A DNA stretch of 32,000 bases from Alkalilimnicola ehrlichii MLHE-1 (GCF_000014785.1 NC_008340.1:1020001-1052000), one strand, 5' to 3'. Shown: positions 9,256 through 19,838, counted from the stretch's first letter. Numbers and translations: made by a program. The notes: generated by a model not told the origin, from the letters alone.

Positions 9256-9998
9256 TACGACCCGGCCCGTGCCGGGCTGTGCTGGTAGTGGGCCAGGTAG
9301 TTGACGCTGGTGTCGTCGGTGAGCTTGTAGCGCTGATTCAGCGGGTTGTAGGTCAGCCCTTTCATGCTGCGCAGCACCAGATCGGCCTCGCGGGCCCAGC
9401 GGTCCAGCTCCGAGGGGCGGATGAACTGCTGCCAGTCGTGGGTGCCCTTGGGCAACAACTGCAGCAGATACTCCGCGCCCAGGATGGCGAAGAGGTAGCT
9501 CTTGGGGTTGCGATTGAGGGTGGAGAAAATCACGTGGCCGCCGGGTTTGACCAGCCGCGCGCAGGCGTGCACCGCCGAGGCCGGGTCGGGGACGTGCTCC
9601 AGCATCTCCAGACAGGTCACCGCATCGAACCGGGGCTCGTCAGAGTCGGCCAGCTCCTCCACGGTGATCTGACGGTAGGCCACCTCCACCTCCATCTCCA
9701 GCGCGTGCAGGCGCGCCACCTGCAGCGCCGCCTTGGACATGTCGATGCCGGTCACCTCGGCGCCCCGCCGGGCCATACCCTCGGCCAGCAGCCCGCCGCC
9801 GCACCCCACGTCGAGGATGCGCCGCCCCTCCAGTCCGCCCAGGCACTGGGCCACGTAGTCCAGCCGCAGCGGGTTGATGTCGTGCAGCGGCTTGCACTCC
9901 CCCTGCGGGTCCCACCAGCGCGAGGCGGCGGCGTCGAATTTGGCCACCTCGTGGTCGTGCACATTACGCCGGGTCGTGTCGGTCGCCGGGTCAGTCAT
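9255..9998 (-). CDS. ubiG: Ubiquinone biosynthesis O-methyltransferase UbiG
   Basis: [74 protein letters not shown]. Confidence 0.96.
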   Translation of the reverse strand: MTDPATDTTRRNVHDHEVAKFDAAASRWWDPQGECKPLHDINPLRLDYVAQCLGGLEGRRILDVGCGGGLLAEGMARRGAEVTGIDMSKAALQVARLHALEMEVEVAYRQITVEELADSDEPRFDAVTCLEMLEHVPDPASAVHACARLVKPGGHVIFSTLNRNPKSYLFAILGAEYLLQLLPKGTHDWQQFIRPSELDRWAREADLVLRSMKGLTYNPLNQRYKLTDDTSVNYLAHYQHSPARAGS

Positions 9999-11319
9999 GG
10001 GTGTCCTCCGGGGCGATGCGGGCCTGCCAGGCCCGGGTCCGTTCCAGGATATCGGCCTCGTTCAGGGTGGTCAGACGGCGCTCGTTGAGCAGCAGCCGGC
10101 CCGCCACCCAGACGTGGCTGACGCGCTCCCGCTGGCCGGTGTAGACCAGCTGCGAGATAGGATTGTACAGCGGTTCGGTCTCCACACCGGAGAGATCCAC
10201 CGCGCAGAGGTCGGCGTACTTGCCCGGCACCAGCGAGCCGATCTCCCCGTCCAGGCCCAGCACCCGGGCGCCGTCCAGGGTGGCCATGCGCAATGCCCGG
10301 TGGGCGGGCAGGGCCGCCGGGTTGCCGCTGTAGCCCTTGGCCAACAGCGCGGCGGTGCGCAGCTCGCCGAGCAGATCCAGGTCGTTGTTGCTGGCCGCGC
10401 CGTCGGTGCCGATGGCCACGTGGATCCCGCGCCGCTGCAGGGCGTGCACCGGGCAGAACCCGCTGCCCAGCTTCAGGTTGGACTCCGGGCAGTGGACCAC
10501 GTTGACACCGGTTTCGGCCAGCCGGTCCATCTCCGCCTCGGTGAGCTGGGTCATGTGCACGGCGATCAGCGAAGGGTTGAGCAGCCCGAGTTGGTCGAGC
10601 CGCTGCAGCGGCCGCTGACCGGTGGACTGCACGCAGTCCTCCACCTCGCCGGCGGTCTCGTGGACATGCATGTGGACCCGGGTGTCCAGTTGGTCGGCCA
10701 GCACCCGCACCCGCTTCAGCCACTCCGGCGAGACGGTGTAGGGTGCGTGAGGGGCGAACACCGTCGAGATATGCGGGTGGTTGCGCCAGGCGTCGTGCAG
10801 GGCCACGCCCTTGTCCAGGTAGTCCTCCGGCCCGCTACCGTAGGGGGTGGGCATGTCGATCACGATCATCCCCAGCACCGCGCGCATCCCCACCCGGTCC
10901 GCCAGCCGGCCGGTGACCTCCGGGAAGAAGTACATATCGGAAAAGCAGGTGGTGCCGCCGCGTAGCATCTCGGCCATCGCCAGCGCCGTGCCGTCGTGCA
11001 CGAACTCCGGCGAGACATGCCGCCCCTCCGCCGGCCAGATGTGATCCTGCAGCCAGGTCATCAGCGGCAGGTCATCGGCCAGCCCGCGCAGCAGGCTCAT
11101 GGCGTTGTGGGTGTGGGCATTGACCAGACCCGGAAGCAGTGCGTGCCGCGCCAGCCGCTGATGCTGGCCCGCCTCGTACTGCCGTTCGGCCTGGTCAGTG
11201 GGCAGACAGTCGATGATGCGCCCGTCACGGATGGCCACCGTGTGGTGGGGCAGCACGGCGTCCTCCGGCTCCACCGGGATCACCCAGCGGGCGGAGACCA
11301 GACTGTCGACCTTCTGCAT
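9991..11319 (-). CDS. mtaD: 5-methylthioadenosine / S-adenosylhomocysteine deaminase-like amidohydrolase
   Basis: [58 protein letters not shown] and [17 protein letters not shown] metal and active-site motifs. Confidence 0.88.
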   Translation of the reverse strand: MQKVDSLVSARWVIPVEPEDAVLPHHTVAIRDGRIIDCLPTDQAERQYEAGQHQRLARHALLPGLVNAHTHNAMSLLRGLADDLPLMTWLQDHIWPAEGRHVSPEFVHDGTALAMAEMLRGGTTCFSDMYFFPEVTGRLADRVGMRAVLGMIVIDMPTPYGSGPEDYLDKGVALHDAWRNHPHISTVFAPHAPYTVSPEWLKRVRVLADQLDTRVHMHVHETAGEVEDCVQSTGQRPLQRLDQLGLLNPSLIAVHMTQLTEAEMDRLAETGVNVVHCPESNLKLGSGFCPVHALQRRGIHVAIGTDGAASNNDLDLLGELRTAALLAKGYSGNPAALPAHRALRMATLDGARVLGLDGEIGSLVPGKYADLCAVDLSGVETEPLYNPISQLVYTGQRERVSHVWVAGRLLLNERRLTTLNEADILERTRAWQARIAPEDTHD

Positions 11320-11542
11320 GGCGTCACTCCCGAAACGCAGTGGCGGATGGGGCTATTGTGGCACCAACCGGGGCGGGACTCGAGTTGGGGCCCGAACCTC
11401 CCGTGGCGGGCCGGGTTTCCCAGAACCGCGCGTGTTATAACGGCGGTGGTGCCCGACTCTGGGGCCTGGTGCGCGATGCAGGGCGGAAGGGCCCCATGGG
11501 GGTGTGTTTGACCGGAATCGGGGCAGGGCGACGCGGAGTGAC

Positions 11543-12064
11543 ATGGCCGGCATGACACCGGATCAATCCCTAATCCTCATCGGCATGCCGGCGGCGGGCA
11601 AGTCCACAGTGGGCCGCCGGCTCGCCGCCCGGCTGCAGCGTCCTTTCATCGACACCGATGCCGTGATGGAGGCGCGTTGCGGCCAATCCCTCCAGGCGCT
11701 GATGGCGGAGCGCGGGGTGGAGGGGTTCCGAGCCGCCGAGGCGCGGGTGCTGTGCGACCTGCAGCCCGCTGAGCCGGCGGTGATCGCCACCGGCGGTTCA
11801 GTGGTCTATGCCGCCCGTGGGATGGCGGCGCTCCGGCGGCTCGGCACGGTCGTCTTCCTGGACTGCCCGGTGGCGGTACTGGCGCACCGGGTCGGGGACC
11901 CGGTGGCGCGGGGCATGGTAATCGCCGCCGGGCAGTCACTGGCGGCGCTGCACCGGGAACGCCTGCCCCTCTACCGGCGCTATGCGGACCATACCATCGC
12001 CTGCGATGACGACCCCCCAGAGGTGGTGGCCGGGCGGGTGCTGCGGGTGCTGTCGCTGGATTGA
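11543..12064 (+). CDS. Shikimate kinase-like P-loop kinase, divergent subfamily
   Basis: Walker A GMPAAGKSTVGRRLA, DTDAVMEARCG, GFRAAEARVLCDL, ATGGSVVYAARGM, RLPLYRRYADHTI. ATG 11543 or 11552 preferred over the 11504 TTG-type start. Confidence 0.75.
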   Translation: MAGMTPDQSLILIGMPAAGKSTVGRRLAARLQRPFIDTDAVMEARCGQSLQALMAERGVEGFRAAEARVLCDLQPAEPAVIATGGSVVYAARGMAALRRLGTVVFLDCPVAVLAHRVGDPVARGMVIAAGQSLAALHRERLPLYRRYADHTIACDDDPPEVVAGRVLRVLSLD

Positions 12065-12151
12065 CCCCAGCCGGCGGCCTGGCGGATGGCCCGCACCGGT
12101 GCCTGTCGCGGTACCATGGGCCCTCGCCGATAGACGCAGACCGGAGCCGCC

Positions 12152-13192
12152 ATGCCCCGCAACGACACCGTACGGGCCCTCGATTGGCAGGGCGATCACC
12201 TGAAGCTGCTGGACCAGCGCCGCCTGCCGGCGGAGACGGTCTGGCTGGACTGCCACTCCGCCGCCGACACGGCCGACGCCATCCGCGACATGGTGGTGCG
12301 CGGCGCCCCGGCCATCGGCATCGCGGCCGCTTATGGTGTGGTGCTGGCGGCCCGGGCCGCCATGGCGCGCCGGCCGGCGGATTGGCCGGCCGCGATGGCG
12401 GCGGATCTGGCCCGGTTGCGCAGCGCCCGGCCGACGGCAGTCAATCTCTTCTGGGCGCTGGACCGGATGCAGCAAGTCGTCGACAGCGACCCCGCGGATC
12501 CGCTGGCGGCGCTGGAAGCGGCCGCCGTCGCCATCCACGAGGACGACCTGACCGCCAACCGGCGCATGGGCGAGCTCGGCGCCCATCTGATCCCGGCCGG
12601 CGCCGGTGTACTGACCCACTGCAATACCGGCTCGCTGGCCACCGGCGGTTACGGCACGGCCCTGGGGGTCATCCGCAGCGCCTGGTCCGGCAAGGGGCTG
12701 TCCGCGGTCTACGCCGACGAGACCCGACCCTGGCTGCAGGGCGCCCGGCTGACCGCCTGGGAGCTGGTGGCGGACGGTATCCCGGTGCGGTTGATTGCCG
12801 AGGGGGCGGCGCCGCTGTTGATGCAGCGCGGCCGGGTGGACTGGGTCATCGTGGGCGCCGACCGGGTCGCCGCCAATGGCGACACCGCCAACAAGATCGG
12901 CACCTACGCCCTGGCCCTCGCCTGCAAGGCCCACGGGGTGAAATTCATGGTGGTGGCGCCGTCCAGCACCATCGATCTTGACTGCCCCGGAGGCGACCGC
13001 ATCCCCATCGAGGAGCGCCCGCCGGAGGAGCTGCTCTGGCTCGGCGACCGTCGGGTGGCGGCCGAGGGCGCCGGGGCCTGGAACCCGGTGTTCGACGTGA
13101 CCCCCGCGGAGCTGATCGATGTGCTGGTCACTGAGCGAGGGGTGGTTACCGATTTTGGAGGTGCTGGGGTGCGGGCGCTGATCAACGGTTGA
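12152..13192 (+). CDS. mtnA: S-methyl-5-thioribose-1-phosphate isomerase
   Basis: [87 protein letters not shown]. Confidence 0.96.
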   Translation: MPRNDTVRALDWQGDHLKLLDQRRLPAETVWLDCHSAADTADAIRDMVVRGAPAIGIAAAYGVVLAARAAMARRPADWPAAMAADLARLRSARPTAVNLFWALDRMQQVVDSDPADPLAALEAAAVAIHEDDLTANRRMGELGAHLIPAGAGVLTHCNTGSLATGGYGTALGVIRSAWSGKGLSAVYADETRPWLQGARLTAWELVADGIPVRLIAEGAAPLLMQRGRVDWVIVGADRVAANGDTANKIGTYALALACKAHGVKFMVVAPSSTIDLDCPGGDRIPIEERPPEELLWLGDRRVAAEGAGAWNPVFDVTPAELIDVLVTERGVVTDFGGAGVRALING

Positions 13193-13242
13193 ACATTACC
13201 CGCCGGTACCGGGTGACTACACTGCAAGGGCAGGAGCCCGGT

Positions 13243-14658
13243 GCAATGGTAGGAGGCGCGGTGAAGGAACAGCACTACGACGCGGTGGTGATCGGCAGCG
13301 GTCCCGGCGGCGAGGGCGCGGCACTGGCCCTGTCGAAAAGCGGCAGGGACGTGGTGGTGGTGGAGAGCCACGGCGAGGTGGGTGGGGGCTGTACCCACTG
13401 GGGGACGATCCCCTCCAAGGCGCTGCGCCACAACGTCCGGCGCATGATGGAGTACAACACCAATCCGCTGTTCCACGACGTGGCCGCGCCCAAGCGGCTG
13501 TCGTTCCCCCGGGTGTTGAAGTTCGCGGAGCGGGTGATCAACCGGCAGGTGAACCTGCGCGCCGGTTACTACAGTCGCAACGAGATCCCGGTGCTGCACG
13601 GCCGGGCCCGGTTTCTGGACGCCCACACGGTGGAGGTGCACGGTGCCGAGGGCAAGGTGCTGCGCCTGCGCGCCGGGCACTTTCTGATCGCGACCGGCTC
13701 CCGGCCCTACCGCCCGGAGGGGGTGCCCTTCGACCACCCCCGGGTGTGCGACAGCGACAAGATCCTCTCCCTGGATCACACCCCCCGCACCATCGCCATC
13801 TACGGCGCCGGCGTGATCGGCTGCGAGTACGCCTCCATCTTCCGCGGGCTCGGGGTCAAGGTGGACCTGATCGACACCCGGGAGCGGTTGCTCACCTTCC
13901 TGGACAACGAGATCTCGGACGCCCTCAGCTACCACCTGCGGGAACTGGGCGTGTTGATCCGCCACGACGAGGCCTTTACCCAAGTGGTGCCCCGTGACGA
14001 CCACGTGGTCGTCCACCTGGACTCGGGCAAGCAGATCAAGGTGGACATCCTCCTCTGGGCCAACGGCCGTAGTGGCAACTCGGAGGACATGGGGCTGGAG
14101 GCGTTGGGCATTGAGCCCAACAGCCGCGGTCAGATCCAGGTCAATGACAATTACCAGACCGCGCAGGAGCACATCTACGCGGTGGGCGATGTGATCGGCT
14201 ACCCCAGCCTGGCCAGTGCCGCCTTCGACCAGGGACGGTTCGCCGCCTCGCACATGCTCTGTGGCCAACGCGACTACCGGCTGGTGCAGGACATCCCCAC
14301 CGGCATCTACACCATCCCCGAGATCAGCTCGCTGGGTAAGACCGAGCAGGAGCTCACCGCGGCCAAGGTGCCCTATGAGGTGGGTCACGCCTTCTTCAAG
14401 GACCTGGCCCGGGCCCAGATCGCCAACCAGGGTGTCGGCATGCTCAAGCTGCTGTTCCACCCGGAGACCCTGGAGATCCTGGGCATCCACTGCTTCGGCG
14501 ACCAGGCTGCCGAGATCGTCCACATCGGCCAGGCCATCATGGCCCAGACCGGCGAGGCCAACACCCTGATGTATTTCCTGAATACCACCTTTAACTACCC
14601 GACCATGGCCGAGGCCTATCGGGTGGCGGCGCTGAACGGCTATAACCGGCTGGGTTAG
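13243..14658 (+). CDS. sthA: Si-specific NAD(P)+ transhydrogenase (soluble pyridine nucleotide transhydrogenase); start at 13243 or GTG 13261
   Basis: [31 protein letters not shown]; [17 protein letters not shown]; dimerisation domain ending [24 protein letters not shown]. Confidence 0.93.
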   Translation, partial: AMVGGAVKEQHYDAVVIGSGPGGEGAALALSKSGRDVVVVESHGEVGGGCTHWGTIPSKALRHNVRRMMEYNTNPLFHDVAAPKRLSFPRVLKFAERVINRQVNLRAGYYSRNEIPVLHGRARFLDAHTVEVHGAEGKVLRLRAGHFLIATGSRPYRPEGVPFDHPRVCDSDKILSLDHTPRTIAIYGAGVIGCEYASIFRGLGVKVDLIDTRERLLTFLDNEISDALSYHLRELGVLIRHDEAFTQVVPRDDHVVVHLDSGKQIKVDILLWANGRSGNSEDMGLEALGIEPNSRGQIQVNDNYQTAQEHIYAVGDVIGYPSLASAAFDQGRFAASHMLCGQRDYRLVQDIPTGIYTIPEISSLGKTEQELTAAKVPYEVGHAFFKDLARAQIANQGVGMLKLLFHPETLEILGIHCFGDQAAEIVHIGQAIMAQTGEANTLMYFLNTTFNYPTMAEAYRVAALNGYNRLG

Positions 14659-14677
14659 GCAGGGCGGTCAGAGGTGG

Positions 14678-14721
14678 TGACGGGTCCGGGTGGCGCCGAT
14701 GGGCGCCACCCGGACCCGTCA
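14678..14721. terminator. Candidate bidirectional terminator: 20-bp perfect inverted repeat with 4-nt loop
   Basis: TGACGGGTCCGGGTGGCGCC-GATG-GGCGCCACCCGGACCCGTCA, between convergent sthA (ends 14658) and the ompW-like gene (stop at 14776). No T-tract follows. Confidence 0.65.
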
Positions 14722-14775
14722 GGGGGTGCGGCCGCGCCGGTCACCCGTTCAGTGCCGGCGCGGCAGGGACGCGGC

Positions 14776-15429
14776 TCAGAAGCGCCGGCCCAGGCTGATG
14801 CCGATCGCGGTCGGGTCGACCTCCACAGTCCCGATATCGTCGCCGTTCAGTTTCGCGTCGGTCTCGATCTCGATATAGCGCACTTCGGCATTCACGAACC
14901 AGTCCTCGGCCACCGGCACGTCCACGCCGATCTGCACGCCCAGACCCCAGGAGTCGTCCAGGGAGAGCCGGTTGCCGTCCAGCGGGCCGCTGGTCTTGGT
15001 GTCAAAGAAGTTGGTGTAGTTCAGACCCACGCCGGCATAGGGCCGGAAGGGGAGGCCGAGGTCGCTGAAGTGGTACTGCACGCTGAGGGTGGGCGGTAGC
15101 TGCTTGGTGCTGCCCACCTTGCCCAGGCCGTCCAGGCGGATGTTGTGCTCGAAGGGCAGGGCCGCCAGCAGCTCGACGCCGATGTTGGGCGTGACCATGT
15201 AGGTCAGGGTGCCGCTCAGGCGGGTGCTGTCACCGACGTCCACGTCAATGTCGTTGGCCGTCAAAGAGCCGTTGTCGGACTTGGGTGAGACCTGGTGGAA
15301 ACCGCCCCGCACCAGGATGTTGCCGGCCTCCAGGCTGGTGCCTGCGGCGAGCACCGGGGTGGTGAGTGTGGCGCCGGCAGTGGCAACGGCAATGAGTGCA
15401 GCGGTCAGGGTTTGTTTGCGCATGGACAT
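14776..15429 (-). CDS. ompW: OmpW family outer membrane protein
   Basis: Signal peptide MSMRKQTLTAALIAVATAGATLTTPVLA; AGNILVRGGFHQVSPKSDN; YHFSDLGLPFRPYAGVGLNYTNFFDTK; terminal GRRF. GAGGAGG RBS upstream of ATG at 15429. Confidence 0.9.
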   Translation of the reverse strand: MSMRKQTLTAALIAVATAGATLTTPVLAAGTSLEAGNILVRGGFHQVSPKSDNGSLTANDIDVDVGDSTRLSGTLTYMVTPNIGVELLAALPFEHNIRLDGLGKVGSTKQLPPTLSVQYHFSDLGLPFRPYAGVGLNYTNFFDTKTSGPLDGNRLSLDDSWGLGVQIGVDVPVAEDWFVNAEVRYIEIETDAKLNGDDIGTVEVDPTAIGISLGRRF

Positions 15430-15535
15430 GGTTTGCCTCCTCTTCATTGCGGCAAGGCAAATGGTCCCGCGTGTGAGGTGGTCCGAAACTTGATCCGCGG
15501 CAAACCACAAAAAAGGTACGAAATGTAAGATGTAT

Positions 15536-15913
15536 TTAATCGATGGGCTCCACCGTCAAAGTCAATCCCTCTGCGTCAATCACCCGCACCCCTCTGCCGG
15601 CCGGCACCGGCTCGCCGTGGGCGGACCGGGCGCGCCAGCTCTCGCCGTCGACGCGGACGCGCCCCACTGGATGCAGGGCCGTGATCACCGTCGCGTGCCG
15701 CCCCACCAGGGCCTGGCCGCCGCAAGGCACCTGCCGTTCCAGCGCGGGGCGGTAGAGCGGGTAGAGCAGGGCATCCTTGAGCAGCCACACCAGAAACAGT
15801 GCCACCGCCGTGCCGGCGCTGACCCAGCCGGAGGACCAGGCCCACCACCCCAGCGAGGCGATAAGGAGCAACCCCGGGAGTTGCAGCAGGCTGTAACGGA
15901 TGAGCGGTGTCAT
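15536..15913 (-). CDS. NfeD family membrane protein (two N-terminal TM segments plus C-terminal OB-like domain)
   Basis: Hydrophobic LLQLPGLLLIASLGWWAWSS and AGTAVALFLVWLLKDALLYPLY; GGQALVGRHATVITALHPVGRVRVDGESWRARSAHGEPVPAGRGVRVIDAEGLTLTVEPI matches an NfeD C-terminal domain. Confidence 0.82.
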   Translation of the reverse strand: MTPLIRYSLLQLPGLLLIASLGWWAWSSGWVSAGTAVALFLVWLLKDALLYPLYRPALERQVPCGGQALVGRHATVITALHPVGRVRVDGESWRARSAHGEPVPAGRGVRVIDAEGLTLTVEPID

Positions 15914-16012
15914 GGCGTCATGAGTTCCCCCAGGGGGCGTTCGATGGGTGCGCCGCTGGCGTGTCCCCCACCAGCGCGGTCGCGACCTGAGTCGTCGATG
16001 GCTACTCTCGAA

Positions 16013-16040
16013 GGGTAAGGCTTAAGGGTAAGCCTTACCC
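16013..16040. promoter_or_regulatory. 12-bp perfect inverted repeat, 4-nt loop, in the divergent NfeD / ggt intergenic region
   Basis: GGGTAAGGCTTA-AGGG-TAAGCCTTACCC; also contains a direct repeat AAGGGTAAG...AAGGGTAAG. Function inferred only. Confidence 0.4.
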
Positions 16041-16165
16041 CTTCCGCCTGTCACAGGGCGGTCGTGGGTCGGAATCGGGAAACGCTCCAGGAGGCGATAT
16101 GGCTCCGGCTCAGAACTTCGGTATCAGGCTGGCGGTCTGCCGGCCCGCGGCATCTGGGGGTGGCC

Positions 16166-17752
16166 ATGCGGTTCCGTAATCCGCACCCCTCCCGGCGCAG
16201 TCCGGTGATGGCGGACAATGTGGTGGCCACCTCACAACCGCTGGCCGCCCAGGCGGGTTTGCAGGCCATGGCCGAGGGTGGTAATGCGGTGGATGCGGCC
16301 CTGGCGGCGGCCATTACCCTGACGGTGGTCGAGCCCACCGGCAACGGGGTGGGGGGTGACGCCTTTGCCCTGGTCCACGACGGCAGGCAACTGCACGGGC
16401 TGAATGCCAGCGGTCGGGCACCGGCCGGGTGGTCGCCGGCGTTTTTCGCCGGTCGCGACGGCATGCCGCCGGTGGGCTGGCACTCGGTCACCACGCCGGG
16501 GGCCGTCTCGGCGTGGACCGCGCTCTCCCGGCGCTTCGGCGCGCTGCCTTTCGCGCGCCTGTTCCAGCGGGCGGTGGCACTGGCGGAATCGGGTTTCCTG
16601 GTCACCCCAGCGGTCGCCACCCTCTGGGCCATGGGCGCCCGCCAGCTTGAGCGGCAACCGGGCTTCGCTGACACCTTCCTGCCCGGCGGGCGGGCCCCGC
16701 GCACCGGTGAGCGCTTTCGCAATCCGGACCTGGCGGCCACGCTGCAGCGGATCGCCGAGACCGGCGGCGAGGCCTTTTACCGGGGCGAACTGGCCCGGCG
16801 CATCGCCGCCGAGGCGCGCCGGCACGGCGCGGCGCTCACCGAGGCCGACCTGGACGCCCACCGGCCGGCGTGGGTGTGCCCGCTGTCGCTGCCCTACCGC
16901 GGGGTAGAGGCCCACGAGCTGCCGCCCAACGGCCAGGGCATAGCAGCCCTGATCGCCCTGGGCATCCTGGCGCACACTGAGATGCCGGAGGTGGCACCGG
17001 ACAGCATTCCGGGGCTGCATCTGCAGATCGAGGCGATGAAGCTCGCGCTGGCGGATACGCAGGCCCACGTGGCCGACCCGGAGGCCATGACAGTGGAGCC
17101 GGCGGCACTGCTCGACCCGGGCTACCTGGCCGCGCGCGCCGCGACCATCGACCGGCAGGCGGCGGGTGACCCGGGTTACGGGGTGCCGAGGCCGGGTGGG
17201 ACCGTCTATGTCACCGCGGCCGATGCGCAGGGGCGCATGGTCTCCTATATCCAGTCCAACTACCTGGGGTTCGGTTCCGGGGTGGTGATTCCGGGGACGG
17301 GGATCAGCCTGCAGAACCGTGGCGCCGGCTTCACCCTGCAGCCCGGCCATCCGAACCGGGTTGGCCCCCGCAAGCGCCCCTTTCACACCATCATCCCCGG
17401 CTTTCTGACCACGCCTGACGGGGGCCCACTGACCAGTTACGGCGTGATGGGCGGCCCCATGCAGGCCCAGGGCCACGTGCAGGTGGGCGTCCGACTGGTG
17501 GACTTCGACCAGGATCCGCAGACCGCCTGTGACGCACCCCGCTGGCGGGTCCTCGGCGGACGCCGGGTGGCGGTGGAAGCAACATTGCCGGCGCGCACTC
17601 TGGAGGGGCTGAGTGAGTTGGGGCATGAGCTCACCGTGACCGCGCCGGAGGCCGCCTTCGGCTTCGGTGGCGCCCAGGTGGCTCAGCGGCTGTCCGGAGG
17701 CTATGTGGCCGGCTCTGATCCGCGCAAGGACGGCCAGGCGGTGGGCTTCTGA
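16166..17752 (+). CDS. ggt: Gamma-glutamyltransferase family protein; ATG 16166 or 16208 preferred over the 16064 extension
   Basis: VVATSQPLAAQAGLQAMAEGGNAVDAALAAAITLTVVEPTGNGVGGDAFALV; GTVYVTAADAQGRMVSYIQSNYLGFGSGVVIPGTGISLQNRG containing the catalytic Thr region. Confidence 0.93.
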   Translation: MRFRNPHPSRRSPVMADNVVATSQPLAAQAGLQAMAEGGNAVDAALAAAITLTVVEPTGNGVGGDAFALVHDGRQLHGLNASGRAPAGWSPAFFAGRDGMPPVGWHSVTTPGAVSAWTALSRRFGALPFARLFQRAVALAESGFLVTPAVATLWAMGARQLERQPGFADTFLPGGRAPRTGERFRNPDLAATLQRIAETGGEAFYRGELARRIAAEARRHGAALTEADLDAHRPAWVCPLSLPYRGVEAHELPPNGQGIAALIALGILAHTEMPEVAPDSIPGLHLQIEAMKLALADTQAHVADPEAMTVEPAALLDPGYLAARAATIDRQAAGDPGYGVPRPGGTVYVTAADAQGRMVSYIQSNYLGFGSGVVIPGTGISLQNRGAGFTLQPGHPNRVGPRKRPFHTIIPGFLTTPDGGPLTSYGVMGGPMQAQGHVQVGVRLVDFDQDPQTACDAPRWRVLGGRRVAVEATLPARTLEGLSELGHELTVTAPEAAFGFGGAQVAQRLSGGYVAGSDPRKDGQAVGF

Positions 17753-17789
17753 ACGGCGCCGGGACCTGCCGCGACGCCCCGGTCGCGGG

Positions 17790-19838
17790 TCAGGCGGGGG
17801 CGCTGTCGGCCGCCTCCAGCGGTCGTGCCCGCAGGGCCCGGTGAGCCCGCAGCAGGCCCCAGAAGACCATGGCCAGTACCGGAGCGGTCACCACCCACGC
17901 CAGCCGCTCGTCCGGATGCAGCACCACCACCGCGCTCAGCAGCCCCAGGGCGAGGCGGGTGCCCCAGTCCCGAAGCCATCCCTGGGCATAGCGGCCCTGC
18001 AGGGCGAGAATGGTCCCCAGGGTTCCGACCAGCAGCAGGGCGAAGGCGGGAAGCTGCGGCCAACCCGGCTCTACCACCAGCGCCGGCCGGGTGTAGACGC
18101 CGACCATGAGGATCAGTAGCGGCACGCACATGCCCAGCGCCGAGATCATGGTGCGCACGAAGGGGGCCTCGGCGATTCGCGAGGTGACCGCCGCCACCAC
18201 CGAGGTGGGCGGGGAGAGCTCGCCGAACACCGCCACCAGGAAGGCGAAGAAGTGCGCCACCCAAGGGTCGACCCCGGCGCGGATCATGAAGGGGGTGATC
18301 ACCACTGCCACGATGATGTAGGTGGGCGCCACCGGCAGGCCCATGCCCACCAGGTAGCCGAAGGCGAAAGCCACCAGCACCATCAGGGCCAGGTGCGCGC
18401 CGGCCATCTCCATCAGCAGGATGCCCACCTTGGTGGGCACGCCGGTGATGGTGAAGGTGGCGGTGAGAATGCCCAGGGTGGCGAGCAGCACGGTCAGTTC
18501 CGCGGTGTTGGTGGTGAAGGTCTCGATCAGGCGCACGAAGGGGCGGCCGGCCTCTTGCAGGCGCGCCGGGGTGAGTCGCGGGCCGGACTGGTGGTAAAGC
18601 GCCCAGAGGAACCGCAGCAGGAATAGCGCACTGAGCACCGAGAACAGGGCGATAAACACCAACTGCGCCGAGGACATGGCCGCCCGCCGCTCCACCCCCA
18701 TCAGCCAGATCAGGCCGATCACCGCCAGGGCGTAAGCGGACAGGTTGATGATGTCCACATAATCAATCGGTTCCCGGCGCGGGGTGACCGCGCGCTGCAT
18801 GTAGCGGCCGGCCAGCAGGTAAACCGCGACACTGACGCCCAGGAAATAGAGGATCGCGGGGGCGAAACCGCGGGCGACCACATCGAAATAGCTGACCCGC
18901 AGGTACTCGGCCATCAGGAAGGCGGCGATGCCCATCAACGGCGGCATCAACTGCCCGCCGAGCGACGAGGCGGTCTCGATGGCGGCGGCCTTGACCCGCG
19001 GAAAGCCGGCCCGGATCAACACCGGGATGGTGGCCGAGCCGGTGGTCGCGGCGTTGGCCGCGCCGCTGCCGGAGACGGCGGCCACGGAAAAGCTGCCGAT
19101 CACCGCGGCCTGGGGCAACAGTCGGGGTGATCGGGCGGCCAGCCGGGAGCTGCCGGCCAGTATGGAGTCGATACAACCGAAGGCGCGCAGCACGGCCAGC
19201 ACCAGCATGAAGGAGCCGATCAGGGTCAGCCCCAACTGGGGCAGGCGCTCGAACACCCCGGTGGAGATCTCCAAACTGGTGGCGGTGAGAATGCGGTTCC
19301 AGCTCATCCCCGGGTGCTGGAACATGCCGGGCACCAGGTGGCCGTAGGCGGTGTACAGAATCAGCAGCAGGATCACGAGGGCCAGGGCCAGGTAGCGCCG
19401 CCGGGTGTACTCCAGGGTCAGCGCCACCACGATGGCGCCGGCCGCCTTGTCGGCGTCGTTCCAGAACCCCACCCGGTAGATGCGGATATTCTCGAACTCG
19501 GTGACCAGGTAGTAGGCCGCATAGATCAGCGCGGCAGCGTACGCGATGCCGATCAGGGTCGCAGGTAGCGGACCGAGCAGGGGGTAGAGATCGTCGTGGC
19601 GCAGGTCATTGGCGAAGGCAATGGCGACGGCGATGGGGACCAGCGTCACCGCCAGGAGCGTGGCCCCGCCGGCGCCGGTGAAGTAATAGATGCTGAGGTG
19701 GCTGAAGAAATAGAGCGCCAGGGCGTAGAACAGGCACTGGGCGACGATGTGACAGGCCAAGTGCAGCCGGGAGCGGCTGCGCCGGGGCTCCAGATCGGGC
19801 GTGGTGCGCCCCCCGCTGGCGTTCTCGCGCTCAGTCAT
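17790..19838 (-). CDS. TRAP transporter fused permease (DctQ+DctM-like 4TM/12TM), TAXI-associated
   Basis: Long polytopic protein with ETASSLGGQLMPPLMGIAAFLMAEYLRVSY, FGYLVGMGLPVAPTYIIVAVV, FFAFLVAVFGELSPPTSVVAAVTSRIA. Start at MTERENASGG (19838). Confidence 0.92.
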   Translation of the reverse strand: MTERENASGGRTTPDLEPRRSRSRLHLACHIVAQCLFYALALYFFSHLSIYYFTGAGGATLLAVTLVPIAVAIAFANDLRHDDLYPLLGPLPATLIGIAYAAALIYAAYYLVTEFENIRIYRVGFWNDADKAAGAIVVALTLEYTRRRYLALALVILLLILYTAYGHLVPGMFQHPGMSWNRILTATSLEISTGVFERLPQLGLTLIGSFMLVLAVLRAFGCIDSILAGSSRLAARSPRLLPQAAVIGSFSVAAVSGSGAANAATTGSATIPVLIRAGFPRVKAAAIETASSLGGQLMPPLMGIAAFLMAEYLRVSYFDVVARGFAPAILYFLGVSVAVYLLAGRYMQRAVTPRREPIDYVDIINLSAYALAVIGLIWLMGVERRAAMSSAQLVFIALFSVLSALFLLRFLWALYHQSGPRLTPARLQEAGRPFVRLIETFTTNTAELTVLLATLGILTATFTITGVPTKVGILLMEMAGAHLALMVLVAFAFGYLVGMGLPVAPTYIIVAVVITPFMIRAGVDPWVAHFFAFLVAVFGELSPPTSVVAAVTSRIAEAPFVRTMISALGMCVPLLILMVGVYTRPALVVEPGWPQLPAFALLLVGTLGTILALQGRYAQGWLRDWGTRLALGLLSAVVVLHPDERLAWVVTAPVLAMVFWGLLRAHRALRARPLEAADSAPA

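Noticed and set aside
12904-14523. 539-aa minus-strand ORF antisense to sthA
   Set aside because: The plus strand clearly encodes the transhydrogenase. The minus frame lacks any domain signature.
15209-15510. Extension of the ompW-like ORF upstream to 15510 (MWFAADQVSDH...)
   Set aside because: A clear signal peptide begins at 15429 or 15423, with a GAGGAGG ribosome-binding site just upstream. The extension is probably 5' UTR.
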